64,000 bases of DNA, from assembly GCA_963834385.1 (NCBI GenBank), contig CAWIBO010000002.1, positions 128,001-192,000 of the forward strand. Direction: 5' to 3'. Position 1 is the first letter of the stretch. Each line of letters starts with the position of its first letter. Below are positions 11,924 through 21,945 of this stretch, piece by piece. The notes beneath the pieces were generated by a model that saw only the letters and a program-made list of their open reading frames with translations, had not been told where the DNA came from and ran no database searches. This DNA comes from an uncultured Verrucomicrobiae bacterium (GTDB lineage: Bacteria > Verrucomicrobiota > Verrucomicrobiia > Chthoniobacterales > UBA10450). A program made the translations under genes and the position numbers.

Positions 11924-14191
11924 GTGCCCGCTCCCGCCGAACCCGCTGTCACCCCGGAGGCTGTGCAAAAGCATGGCCTCACCCCGGATGAATACGATCG
12001 CATCCGCCAGATCCTCGGGCGCGAGCCGAATTTCACCGAGCTCGGCATCTTCTCCGTCATGTGGAGCGAGCATTGTTCCTACAAGAATTCGCGGCGCGAG
12101 CTGAGAAAGTTTCCCACCACCGGCGCGAACATTCTGGTCAAGGCAGGCGAGGAAAACGCCGGCGTGGTCGATATCGGCGACGGCTGGGCGGTCGCCTTCA
12201 AGATCGAGTCGCATAATCACCCCAGCGCGATCGAGCCTTTCCAGGGCGCGGCCACCGGCGTGGGCGGAATCATTCGCGACATTTTCACCATGGGCGCGCG
12301 CCCGGAATTTCTCCTGAACTCGCTTCGCTTTGGGCCGATCACCGCGACCGGGCGCGAGGACGCGGCCCGCCGGGCGCAGCTGGCGACCAATCGCCGGCTC
12401 TTCACCGGCGTGGTCTCCGGCATTGCGCATTACGGGAACTGCATCGGTGTGCCCACCATTGGCGGTGAGATTTATTTCGACGAATCGTTCGAGGGCAACC
12501 CGCTGGTGAACGTTTTTTGTCTCGGGGTGCTCCGGCACGAACAGCTCGCCCGCGGCGCCGCCAGCGGCGTGGGCAACCCGGTTTTCTACGTCGGCGCGGA
12601 AACCGGCCGCGACGGCCTGGCTGGGGCGGCTTTTGCCTCGCGTGAGCTGACCGAGGAATCGAAGGAGGATCGGCCCGCCGTGCAGGTGGGCGATCCTTTC
12701 AAGGAAAAGCTCCTCCTCGAGGCCTGCCTCGAACTCCTTGCGACCGATGCCGTGGCCGGCATCCAGGACATGGGCGCTGCCGGCCTTACCTGTTCCACCT
12801 GCGAAACCGCCAGTCGCGGCGGCACCGGGGTCGAGATCGACCTGGCGAAGGTGCCGAAACGCGAGCCGGGCATGACACCCTACGAAACACTCCTGAGCGA
12901 GTCGCAGGAACGCATGCTCATCATCGCGAAGAAAGGCCGGGAACAAGTCGTGCGCGACATTTTCGAGAAATGGGATGTGCCCTGTGCCGAGATCGGCCGG
13001 GTGACCGACGACGGCATGATGCGGGTTCGGAACAACGGCAGCATCGCGGCGGAGATTCCGGCCAGGCCGCTCGCGGACGAAGCGCCGCTCTACGAACGGG
13101 AAGCCCGGCCGCCCCGGGAGCCGGCCCGCCCGGTTGACCCGAAAAGCGTGCCGGAGATCGAACCGGTTCTCGCCCTGCGCCAGCTTTTGCGCGACCCGAC
13201 CATTGCCTCGAAGAACTGGGTTTACCGGCAGTACGATCACATGGTCCGGACCGGCACGGTGGTGCGCCCGGGAAGCGATGCCGCCGTTTTTCATGTGCGC
13301 GCGGCGAACAAGTATCTGGCCGCCACGAGCGACTGTAATTCGCTTTTCTGCGCGCTCGATCCGCGCGAAGGCGGCCGCCTCGCCGTGGCCGAGGCGGCGC
13401 GCAACCTGACCTGTTCCGGCGCCAAACCACTCGCGGTCACTGACAACCTCAATTTCGGCAACCCCTACAAGCCGGAAAACTTCTGGCAACTGCGCGAGGC
13501 GGTCGAGGGCATCTCGGAGATGTGCCGCGCTTTCGGGACGCCCGTCACGGGCGGCAACGTCTCCCTTTATAATGAAAGCCCGGCCGGCGTGGTCGACCCG
13601 ACGCCGACGGTGGCCATGGTCGGCCTGATCGAGAACGAGAAACAAATCACCACGCAATGGTTCAAGGAGGAGGGGGACGTGATTCTCCTCCTCGGCGACC
13701 TCGCCGGCACCCTGGATGCCTCCCGTTACCTGAAGGTCTGTCACGACCGCAAGGAAGGCGTGGTCCCGCGGCTCGATCTCGAGCGGGAACTGGCGTTGCA
13801 GGAGAACCTGCGGGCTGCCATCCGGGATGGCCTGGTCAGGTCGGCGCACGATTGTTCGGAGGGCGGGCTGGGCGTGGCCCTGGCCGAATGCTGTTTTGCT
13901 CCCGGGAAACAGATCGGCGCCCGGATCACCCTGGCAGCGGGCGAAACGGAGCGGCTGGACACGCTGCTTTTCCATGAGGCGCCTTCACGCGTGATCGTTT
14001 CGGTGGCGTCGGATGCGGCCGATGCGTTTCTCCAGCGGTTTCAAAAGGCGGGCGTGCCGGCGGCAAAACTCGGCCTGGTCGGCGGCGGCGATCTCGAGAT
14101 CGCGGCCGCGGGAAAAACGCTGCGCTGGACTGTCGCCGATCTTTTCTCCGACTGGTATCATGCAATCGAGCGGGCCGTGACCGCGGCATGA
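11924..14191 (+). CDS. purL: Phosphoribosylformylglycinamidine synthase subunit PurL (small form)
   Basis: 'HGLTPDEY', 'MWSEHCSYK', '[27 protein letters not shown]', 'QDMGAAG', 'LSESQERM'. GTG start inferred. Confidence 0.97.
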   Translation: MPAPAEPAVTPEAVQKHGLTPDEYDRIRQILGREPNFTELGIFSVMWSEHCSYKNSRRELRKFPTTGANILVKAGEENAGVVDIGDGWAVAFKIESHNHPSAIEPFQGAATGVGGIIRDIFTMGARPEFLLNSLRFGPITATGREDAARRAQLATNRRLFTGVVSGIAHYGNCIGVPTIGGEIYFDESFEGNPLVNVFCLGVLRHEQLARGAASGVGNPVFYVGAETGRDGLAGAAFASRELTEESKEDRPAVQVGDPFKEKLLLEACLELLATDAVAGIQDMGAAGLTCSTCETASRGGTGVEIDLAKVPKREPGMTPYETLLSESQERMLIIAKKGREQVVRDIFEKWDVPCAEIGRVTDDGMMRVRNNGSIAAEIPARPLADEAPLYEREARPPREPARPVDPKSVPEIEPVLALRQLLRDPTIASKNWVYRQYDHMVRTGTVVRPGSDAAVFHVRAANKYLAATSDCNSLFCALDPREGGRLAVAEAARNLTCSGAKPLAVTDNLNFGNPYKPENFWQLREAVEGISEMCRAFGTPVTGGNVSLYNESPAGVVDPTPTVAMVGLIENEKQITTQWFKEEGDVILLLGDLAGTLDASRYLKVCHDRKEGVVPRLDLERELALQENLRAAIRDGLVRSAHDCSEGGLGVALAECCFAPGKQIGARITLAAGETERLDTLLFHEAPSRVIVSVASDAADAFLQRFQKAGVPAAKLGLVGGGDLEIAAAGKTLRWTVADLFSDWYHAIERAVTAA

Positions 14192-14222
14192 GCCGGCGTT
14201 TGAACGCCCGGTTAATTCAGCG

Positions 14223-15734
14223 ATGTTGCCCACAGTGACTTCCCTTCACGCGGACGATTCCTTCGAGCGCTCCGACAGGACGCACTTCCCGCAGCATGAG
14301 TGCGGCATTTTTGGCGTCTACGGGCATCCCAACGCGGCTGTTCTGACCTATTACGGGTTGTTTGCGTTGCAGCATCGCGGGCAGGAAAGCGCCGGTATCG
14401 TTACGAGCAACGGCCACGGCCAGGATTTCCGGTTGCACCGCGAGATGGGCCTGGTTTCGCAGGTCTTCGGCCCGGCGGAACTGGAGCATCTGAAGGGGAC
14501 CTCGGCGGTGGGTCATACGCGTTATTCCACCACTGGATCGAGCACGCTCAAAAACGCGCAACCCTTCGTGGTCGATTGTTTCCGCGGGCAGATTGCGGTG
14601 GCGCACAACGGCAACCTGATCAATGCGGGCGTGCTCCGCGACGAACTGGAGCGGCGCGGTTCCATTTTCCAGACCACGACCGACAGCGAACTGGTGCCGC
14701 ATCTGCTGGCGCAGCCGATCGAGAACGGCGGCAGTCCGCTGGGCGTCCTGCGCCGGCTGGAAGGGGCCTTCTCGCTCATCATCATGAGCGAGCGCGAGGT
14801 GATCGGCGTGCGCGATCCCTGCGGGTTCCGTCCGCTGGTCCTCGGCCGGCTCGACGGCGCTTACATTCTCGCCTCGGAGACCTGCGCGCTCGACCTGATC
14901 CACGCCGAGTTCATCCGCGACGTCGAACCGGGCGAGGTTCTCGTCATCAGCGAGAACGGGCTCCGCTCGGAATGGCCTTTCCGCGACGAGAAGCGCGCCT
15001 TTTGCATGTTTGAATATGTCTATTTCGCGCGGCCTGACTCGATCATCGGCGGCGTGAACGTGGCCAAGGTCCGGACCGAGATGGGGCGGGAACTGGCCCG
15101 GCGGATGCCGGCTGAGGCCGATATCGTGGTGCCGGTGCCCGATTCCGGGAACTACGCCGCCCTCGGGTTTGCCCAGGAATTGAACATCCCCTACGAGCAC
15201 GCCTTTGTCCGCAACCACTACATCGGGCGCACTTTTCTCCAGCCGAGCCAGCTGATCCGCGATTTCGATGTGCGGGTGAAACTGAACCTGATCAAGGAAG
15301 CGGTCGAAGGAAAACGGGTCGTGGTGGTGGATGATTCCATTGTCCGCGGCACCACCGCGCGCGCCCGGGTCGTCAACCTGCGCGAAGCCGGGGCCAAAGA
15401 GGTGCACATGCGGGTGAGTTGTCCCCCGCACCGGTTCGCCTGCCATTACGGGATCGATTTTCCCGACCCGGACAAACTGATCGCGAACAAGATGAGCATG
15501 CCCGAGATCTGCGAATATCTCGGGGTGGACAGCCTCGGTTACCTCGACGTCGAGGGGATGGTCAAGGCGAGCGGCCAGCCGGTGAGCGAGTTTTGTCTCG
15601 CCTGTTTCACCGGGAATTATCCGCTTCCGGTCGACCCCGAGCTCGACAAGTTCATCATGGAAAAACGCGACGCGCGCTCCAAGGCGCTGGCCGAATCTGA
15701 GTCGCACCCCGAGCTTTTTGCCGACCTGAACTGA
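14223..15734 (+). CDS. purF: Amidophosphoribosyltransferase
   Basis: Propeptide then 'ECGIFG', 'LQHRGQESAG', PRPP loop 'VVVDDSIVRGTT', Fe-S cysteines 'FCLACF'. Confidence 0.97.
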   Translation: MLPTVTSLHADDSFERSDRTHFPQHECGIFGVYGHPNAAVLTYYGLFALQHRGQESAGIVTSNGHGQDFRLHREMGLVSQVFGPAELEHLKGTSAVGHTRYSTTGSSTLKNAQPFVVDCFRGQIAVAHNGNLINAGVLRDELERRGSIFQTTTDSELVPHLLAQPIENGGSPLGVLRRLEGAFSLIIMSEREVIGVRDPCGFRPLVLGRLDGAYILASETCALDLIHAEFIRDVEPGEVLVISENGLRSEWPFRDEKRAFCMFEYVYFARPDSIIGGVNVAKVRTEMGRELARRMPAEADIVVPVPDSGNYAALGFAQELNIPYEHAFVRNHYIGRTFLQPSQLIRDFDVRVKLNLIKEAVEGKRVVVVDDSIVRGTTARARVVNLREAGAKEVHMRVSCPPHRFACHYGIDFPDPDKLIANKMSMPEICEYLGVDSLGYLDVEGMVKASGQPVSEFCLACFTGNYPLPVDPELDKFIMEKRDARSKALAESESHPELFADLN

Positions 15735-16747
15735 TGCCGCGCAAAGCCTACGCCCGGGCCGGGGTGGACGTTGACCTCGGCAACACGGTGAAACGCGGCA
15801 TCCAGGCGCTGGTCCGGGGCACGCATGGTCCGGAAGTGCTCGGCCGGATCGGCGGCTTCGGCGGGCTTTTCGCGCCCAACTTTTCCGGGATGCGCGAGCC
15901 GGTGCTGGTGGCCAGTGTTGATGGCGTCGGGACCAAGCTCAAGATCGCCTTTGCCATGGACCGGCACGACACCGTCGGGGCGGACCTGGTCAATCATTGT
16001 GTGAACGACATCGCCGTGCTCGGCGCGCGCCCCCTCTTTTTCCTCGATTACATCGGGGCGGAGAAACTGGAGCCGCCCGTTTTCCGCCAGATCCTGCGCG
16101 GGTTCACCAAAGCTTGCCGCGCTGCGGGCTGTGCGCTCATCGGCGGCGAGACCGCGCAGATGCCGGGCATGTATCGCCCGGGCGAATATGATCTGGCTGG
16201 CTGCATCGTCGGGGTGATCGATCGCCGGAAGATGATCGACGGCAGCCGGATCCGGCGTGGCGACGTCATCCTCGGCCTGCGTTCCAGCGGTCTGCACACC
16301 AACGGTTACTCGCTCGCGCGTAAAATTCTCTTTGGGAAAATGCGGCTCAAGCCGGGCTCGCGGGTGAGGGGACTAAAGGAGAGCATCGGGGCGGAGCTGT
16401 TGCGGACCCATGTGAATTATCAGCCGCGGCTGGCGCCGGTCCTCGGACAATGCCATGGACTGGCCCACATCACCGGCGGCGGGCTGGTCGATAATCTGCC
16501 CCGCGTTCTGCCGCCCGATTGTGACGCGGTAATCGAGACTGCGTCCTGGGAGCCCCCGGCGCTTTTCCAGATCCTGGAGAGGAACGGACGGGTCGAGCGC
16601 GAGGAGATGTATCAGGTTTTCAACATGGGCATTGGCATGGCCGTGATCGTGGGCGCCCGGAGCGCGTCGGCGGTCGCGCGCAAGCTTCGCGCCATCCGCA
16701 TCGGCACGATCGAGCGCGGACGCGGACGCACCCGGCTCCGTTTTTAA
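15734..16747 (+). CDS. purM: Phosphoribosylformylglycinamidine cyclo-ligase (AIR synthetase)
   Basis: 'YARAGVD', 'DGVGTKL', 'GGETAQMPG', 'SSGLHTNGYSL', 'HITGGG', 'FNMGIG'. Confidence 0.97.
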   Translation: MPRKAYARAGVDVDLGNTVKRGIQALVRGTHGPEVLGRIGGFGGLFAPNFSGMREPVLVASVDGVGTKLKIAFAMDRHDTVGADLVNHCVNDIAVLGARPLFFLDYIGAEKLEPPVFRQILRGFTKACRAAGCALIGGETAQMPGMYRPGEYDLAGCIVGVIDRRKMIDGSRIRRGDVILGLRSSGLHTNGYSLARKILFGKMRLKPGSRVRGLKESIGAELLRTHVNYQPRLAPVLGQCHGLAHITGGGLVDNLPRVLPPDCDAVIETASWEPPALFQILERNGRVEREEMYQVFNMGIGMAVIVGARSASAVARKLRAIRIGTIERGRGRTRLRF

Positions 16748-16914
16748 AGGATCGTTTCCCGTCCTCACGGGCGGTCGCCGCACTTTTTTTCGAATAGAGA
16801 CGGGCGGAGTCCGGTCAAAACGACTGCACCACGCGCTCCACTTTCCCCCGGCGTTGGCGTGGTGTGTAATCGGCCGGGCCTCCTGGTCCGGCCCAACCCA
16901 TAGGAGAATCCAGT

Positions 16915-17280
16915 ATGAAAAAACTTATCATTACCCTTGGTTGTGTGGCTCTCGCTCCGCTTGCCTTCGCGCAGGTCTCGAGCACGACCACGACCGAGAC
17001 GACCAAGACTGACGGCGTGAACGCCTCCACCGAGACCACCACGACCACGACCCGGTCGTCCGGCACGGTTTCGACCTTCGTGCCCGGCAAGACCATCGTG
17101 GTCAAGACGAGCGCGACGGACCCGATCAGCTACGTCCTCGGCAAGACCGTGACCTACGTCACGCGTGCCGGCAAAACCATCGAAGCCTCGATGATCAAGC
17201 CGGGCGCCAACGTCGAAGTCATGTACGACAAGAACGGTGACGAGATGGTCGTCAGCCGCGTCATCGTCGACCAGGACTAG
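16915..17280 (+). CDS. Small secreted Thr-rich hypothetical protein (possible OB-like beta domain)
   Basis: AGGAG RBS, signal peptide ending AFA-Q, strongly biased codon usage. Confidence 0.8.
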   Translation: MKKLIITLGCVALAPLAFAQVSSTTTTETTKTDGVNASTETTTTTTRSSGTVSTFVPGKTIVVKTSATDPISYVLGKTVTYVTRAGKTIEASMIKPGANVEVMYDKNGDEMVVSRVIVDQD

Positions 17281-17303
17281 CCGAGTCTCGGTTCAGAAAT
17301 TCG

Positions 17304-17341
17304 AAAGCCGCGGGGGCTCGTGCAGCCCCTGCGGCTTTTTT
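17304..17341. terminator. Intrinsic terminator between convergent genes, possibly bidirectional
   Basis: AAAGCCGCGGGGGCT-cgtgc-AGCCCCTGCGGCTTTTTT hairpin. Confidence 0.8.
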
Positions 17342-17366
17342 GTGATGAGGCTTCTCGGGCGGCTTT

Positions 17367-18146
17367 TTAGAATCCGTAGATGAGGGCGAAGGAGACGTTA
17401 TGCTCCACGAGGCTGGCGTGGCCGTGCGCGCTGTAGCCGAAATTGCTCAGGCTTTCGTCCGTGCGCACGTTTCCGAGGTCGATGTATTGATACTGGGCCC
17501 GGGCGCTCCAGTGTTCCGTAATGGCATACTGCAGGCCGCCCCCGACAAACCAGCCCGCCTTGGTCGTGCTGACGCTGTTGCGGGCCCGGAACGGATAATC
17601 GGCCGCGCCCAGTCGCTGGGAGAAATCGATGTCGCCCACCGCTAGGCCGCCGGTGGCATAGGGAAGCCAGCGGCAGAGCGCGTAGCCGATCCGCGGACCG
17701 GCTGTGATCAGGTAATGGGACTTGAGAGAAGTGCCAAGGAAAAGCTGGTTGCCATCCGGGGAAAAGAAGGCGCCCGTGAACTTTGAGTCGCGCAGCCAAA
17801 GATAGCCGCCCGAGACTTCCGCCCCCAGGACCCAGTTGTTCCATTGGTGGTTGTATCCGAGCAGACCGCCCAACTCCGCGCCGCTGGTTTCGAAATCGGA
17901 TCCCCCGCGCGCTTCGATCTCCCGAATGTCGTTCGCTGTCAGGTTAAAAACGTTCAGCCTGGGGTTGACCGCACCGAGTTTGTACCCGCCAAAGACGCCG
18001 GCATAAAAGCCTGTCCAGACGGGGCATTCGGCCGCGCTGGGAGCGACGGCGGTTGATCCTTTCCCGGAGGAATATTCCGCCGGGCCGGCGTGAAGCGTTG
18101 CTCCCGTCGCGCAGAGAAAGAGAACGAAAATAGCCAGTTTCTTCAT
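17367..18146 (-). CDS. Outer membrane beta-barrel protein (Omp25/Omp31/RopB-like)
   Basis: 'WTGFYAGVFGGY', 'GYNHQWNNWVLGAE', 'RIGYA..LPYATGGLA', 'GWFVGGGLQYA', terminal Phe. Confidence 0.85.
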   Translation of the reverse strand: MKKLAIFVLFLCATGATLHAGPAEYSSGKGSTAVAPSAAECPVWTGFYAGVFGGYKLGAVNPRLNVFNLTANDIREIEARGGSDFETSGAELGGLLGYNHQWNNWVLGAEVSGGYLWLRDSKFTGAFFSPDGNQLFLGTSLKSHYLITAGPRIGYALCRWLPYATGGLAVGDIDFSQRLGAADYPFRARNSVSTTKAGWFVGGGLQYAITEHWSARAQYQYIDLGNVRTDESLSNFGYSAHGHASLVEHNVSFALIYGF

Positions 18147-18786
18147 AAGGCTCGTCTTAGGTCGCGGCCGCGCTCGTGTCGAGCCGAAAGAAGTCCCGCA
18201 CTTGGAGGAATCACCGCATCAGACCCGTGCAATTCGCGGCGCCGCAATGGCACGGTTCGCCGGCGTGAAATGACGGCGTGTAATCAATCGTGATCTCTTC
18301 CCCCGGCCGGATCTCGCGCCGGGCGAAGAAAAGCAGCCGGCCATGCATGATCCGGGTGAAACAATTCGGATCGCACGAATGATTGATAAACGCGGTAGGA
18401 TCATCGCTCCGGCTGGCATCAATGCTCCAGCGATCATCAATCTCGCAGATGCAGACAGGCCCGCCGGCTTTTGCCCGGCGTCGCCCTTCCCGTCGCGAAA
18501 TCCGTTCCCCGGTCAGCTCCCCGATCTTCCGCCGCGGGTAACGCTCTCGCGAAACAGCCGCGTCCTTTAATGGAGGATGTTCCTATTGAAAGAAGCCCTG
18601 AGCGCGCTCCCTGACGTTTCCTGCTCCTGCGCGACTTTTCCCCATGCCCTCCCACCGCTCGTGCGTGACCGGTCCGCACGCAAGCGCGGGAAGCTGGGAG
18701 ATGGAGGAAGGGACGGACGAGCGGGGGCAGTCAAGCTGACAAGCTGACAAGGGTCGCTGAAGCGCCACGGCGCTACGCTCTGCTTA

Positions 18787-19034
18787 TTATCGATAGATTT
18801 CGCGACGATGGCCGAGCGCCAGAAGATGAAGTTGTTCTGGCGGCGTCGAACGTATAAATGATCCTGTAACGCCAATCCGGGCCCTAACTGTCAGACCCTT
18901 TCAGGCGGTGATGCGGATACGATCTGAGGTCCAGGCCGATCTCGTCCACCGCGCTTCATTCGCCCGCATCCCTGCGGAAAGTGCAACCAAGACTGCGTCA
19001 AACGCCGCGTAGTAAACCTGGTCGCCGCGCTCAC
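18787..19034 (-). pseudogene. Degenerate RelE/ParE-family toxin gene
   Basis: Fragments in different frames: QVYYAAFDAV / VDEIGLDLRSYPHHRLKGSDS* / YRIIYTFD / LHLLALGHRREIYR*. The last two match the RelE C-terminal signature. Confidence 0.75.
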
Positions 19035-19039
19035 GCGCC

Positions 19040-19228
19040 TCAGGGCTCGCGGACGCGCGTGCTCTTTCCAGCCGCCATGTCCTGCTCTGATTGCAGGACG
19101 GCCTTCTCGAAGTCGGGCGCGAACTCCAGGTCGTCCTCAATCAGATCGTCGAGCCAGCTACGGATCTTGCGCAGCTCTGTCTGCGACAGCTTGCGCAACT
19201 CACTCTCCATTTTCTCGACGTTGCTCAC
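19040..19228 (-). CDS. Putative type II antitoxin (small acidic protein)
   Basis: 62 aa from GTG: MSNVEKMESELRKLSQTELRKIRSWLDDLIEDDLEF...QDMAAGK. Lies immediately upstream of the RelE-like relic. Confidence 0.65.
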   Translation of the reverse strand: MSNVEKMESELRKLSQTELRKIRSWLDDLIEDDLEFAPDFEKAVLQSEQDMAAGKSTRVREP

Positions 19229-19290
19229 GCCGGACAGCATCCCGTAAATTCGCCGCGACAGCAAGTGCGGGAGCAGGGAGGAATGAAAAT

Positions 19291-19370
19291 GCTAACAGGC
19301 TGAAAAGCTGACAGGGGAGCACGGAGCACGGTGCAGGGATCCGATAACCAACAACTGATAACTGATAACC
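19291..19370. repeat. Cluster of short 7-8-mer tandem repeats
   Basis: GCTAACAG-GCTGAAAA-GCTGACAG, GGAGCAC x2, ACTGATA x2. Related CAAGCTGA x2.5 at 18732-18751. Confidence 0.65.
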
Positions 19371-19419
19371 GCGCCGGGCCGCATTTGAAAAATGGGCGCA
19401 AATCGCCGAGAGAGGGGCC

Positions 19420-20838
19420 ATGCCGCTGGAGTTGAAGGAGATCATTGCCGCTCGCCTGGGCGAGAATTACGAGCTGCATCATCAGCACCTTAACCGGACC
19501 CTCGTGGCCGCGCAGCGGGTGATCGGGTTCGATAAGGTCTATGCCCGGGCGGAGGGCGCCTACCTCTACGACATGGATAACGCGCCGTTTCTCGATTTCC
19601 TGAGCGGCTACAGCGTCTTCAATATCGGGCGGAACCATCCCGCGATCCAAAAGGCGATCCGCGATGTGCTCGACCTCGATCTCCCGAACATGGTGCAAAT
19701 GGATTGCTCGCTCCTGAGCGGGCTCCTTGCGGAGGCGCTCACGAAACGCACCCCGCCCCATCTCGATGCGGTCTTTTTCTGCAACTCGGGCACGGAAGCC
19801 ATCGAGGGCGCGCTCAAATTCGCCCGGGCCGCCACCGGCCGGAAACGGATGATCTCGCTCGCGGGCGCCTGGCACGGACTCAGCCTCGGCGCGCTCTCCA
19901 TCATGGGCTGCGAAAGTTTTACGGAAGGGTTCGGCCCGCTCATGGCGGAATGGGACACGCGCGTCGCGCTCGACGACCTCCCCACGCTGGAACGCGAACT
20001 GGCCCGGAATGACGTGGCCGCGCTCGTGATCGAACCGGTTCAGGGCAAAGGCTGCAAATCTCCCGCGGGCGATTTTTATGAGCAGGCGCAGGCGCTCTGC
20101 CGCAAACACGGCACCCTCCTCATCTCCGACGAAGTGCAGTGCGGCCTCGGACGGACCGGTAAAATGTTCGGGTTCGAACACTGGAACCTGGAGCCGGATA
20201 TCATCACCATCGCGAAATCGCTCAGCGGCGGTTATGTGCCGTGCGGCGCGATCGTGACCCGGCGCGCGATTTACCAGAAAACCTTCAGCCGGATGGACCG
20301 GTGCGTGGTGCATTCGACCACTTTCGGCCGGAACAACCTGGCCATGGCCTGCGGACTGGCCGCGCTCCAGGTGATCGACGAGGAAAAACTGGTGGAAAAT
20401 TCGGCCCGGATGGGCGCGCTCCTGATGCAAAAGGTGGACGCGTTGCGCGAGAAACATTCCTTCATCAAGGAAGTGCGCGGGAAAGGGCTGATCATCGCGA
20501 TCGAGTTCCATGAACCGACGGAGTTCAAGCTGCGCATGGCCTGGAAGATCCTGCACAAGGTGGACAAGGTGCTCTTCCCGCAAATGGTGGTGACGCAGCT
20601 CCTGGCCAAACACCGCATCCTGACCCAGGTGGCCGGGCACGCCATGGATGTGCTCAAGATTTTGCCGCCGCTCATCATCACCGAGAAGGAGGTCGATCTC
20701 TTCGTCAACGCGCTCGACGAAGTGCTGACCGATTGCCGGCGATTCCCCGGGCCGATGTGGGAGTTGGGCCAGAACTTCGTGAAACTCGCGCTTGGTTCCA
20801 AGCGCGGCGGCGCCGCGCAGCCGCCCGTTCCGGCCTGA
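19420..20838 (+). CDS. Class III PLP aminotransferase, HpnO-like
   Basis: 'FLDFLSGYSVFNIGRNHP', 'NSGTEAIE', 'IEPVQG', 'DEVQCGLGRTG', PLP lysine in 'AKSLSGG'. N-terminus and 'VVHSTTF' resemble hopanoid aminotransferase HpnO. Confidence 0.8.
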   Translation: MPLELKEIIAARLGENYELHHQHLNRTLVAAQRVIGFDKVYARAEGAYLYDMDNAPFLDFLSGYSVFNIGRNHPAIQKAIRDVLDLDLPNMVQMDCSLLSGLLAEALTKRTPPHLDAVFFCNSGTEAIEGALKFARAATGRKRMISLAGAWHGLSLGALSIMGCESFTEGFGPLMAEWDTRVALDDLPTLERELARNDVAALVIEPVQGKGCKSPAGDFYEQAQALCRKHGTLLISDEVQCGLGRTGKMFGFEHWNLEPDIITIAKSLSGGYVPCGAIVTRRAIYQKTFSRMDRCVVHSTTFGRNNLAMACGLAALQVIDEEKLVENSARMGALLMQKVDALREKHSFIKEVRGKGLIIAIEFHEPTEFKLRMAWKILHKVDKVLFPQMVVTQLLAKHRILTQVAGHAMDVLKILPPLIITEKEVDLFVNALDEVLTDCRRFPGPMWELGQNFVKLALGSKRGGAAQPPVPA

Positions 20839-20843
20839 CCACC

Positions 20844-21897
20844 GTGGCCCGCCCGATCAAGCGCGAGCCGCTGGTGGCCCGACCGATCCAGCGGGACCGG
20901 CTCAGCCCCTTCCAGTTCAATGCCGAGCCCGGGCGTTACGATTCCATGCCCTACCGGCGCTGCGGGAAGTCGGGCCTGAAGCTGCCCGCGATCTCGCTCG
21001 GGGCGTGGGAAACTTTTGGCGGCTACCGCAGTTACGAGGTGGCGCGGGAATGCATCTTTCGCGCGTTTAACCTCGGGATCACGCATTTCGACCTGGCCAA
21101 CAATTACGGACAGCCGCCGGGCAAAGCGGAGACGGTGGTCGGTCGCGTCCTGCGCGACATGCCGCGTGATGAGGTGATCGTCTCGACCAAGGCCGGCTTC
21201 CCGATGTGGGAAGGCCCTTATGGGAGCGGAGGTTCCCGCAAACATCTCCTCGCGAGCATCGACCAATCGCTGGCCCGGCTGGAGCTGGGTTACGTCGATA
21301 TTTTTTATTCGCACCGGATGGATCACGACACCCCGCTGGAGGAAACGCTGGGAGCGCTCGATGAGATTGTCCGGAGCGGCCGGGCGCTGCATGTCGGCCT
21401 TTGCAATTATTCGGGGGAACAACTGCGCGCCGCGTTGCGGATCGTGGAGGAACGGCAGCTCGCGCCGATCGTGCTCGAGCAATCCGTTTACAACATGTTG
21501 CAGCGGGGGATTGAGCAGGATCTTCTGCCGGTCTGTCGCGAGGCCGGGGTGGGATTGATCACCTTCTCGCCTCTGGCGCAGGGGCTCTTAAGCGCGAAAT
21601 ACCTGGAGGAACTCCCGGCGGAATCGCGCGGGGCACTGCTTTGGAGCGAGGAACACCGGGCCCGGCTCACGCCCGGAGCTGCGGCAACGGCTCGGGCGAC
21701 TGAACGAGCTGGCGGAGGCGCGTGGTCAAACGCTGGCACAAATGGCCATCGCGTGGGCGGTGCGCCGGCCGGAAATCACGAGCGTCCTGATCGGCGCGTC
21801 CGAGGTGGCCCAGATCGAGGAGAACGTGAAGGCGCTGGAGAACGGGCAGTTCAGCGCGGAAGAGCTGAAAGCGATCGACGGGCTTCTTTAAGAGTAA
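20844..21897 (+). CDS. Aldo/keto reductase (YghZ/Gpr-like), +1 frameshift near 21673
   Basis: 'YRRCGKSGLKLPAISLG', 'THFDLANNYG', 'VDIFYSHR', 'FSPLAQG'. The C-terminus 'RGQTLAQMAIAW...SVLIGAS...FSAEELKAID' continues in the shifted frame to TAA at 21897. Confidence 0.88.
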
Positions 21898-21945
21898 GTG
21901 GTCGGCGTGGATTCAGGGCGTGAACCGGGAATCGCGCGGCTTCTT

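Noticed and set aside
18248..18264. TGGCAC as a sigma-54 -24 box
   Set aside because: No TTGC at the -12 position.
18901..19140. 79-aa ORF containing 'YYAAF', suggestive of a HEPN toxin
   Set aside because: Downstream frames carry clear RelE-type motifs, so the ORF is better explained as one piece of the RelE relic.
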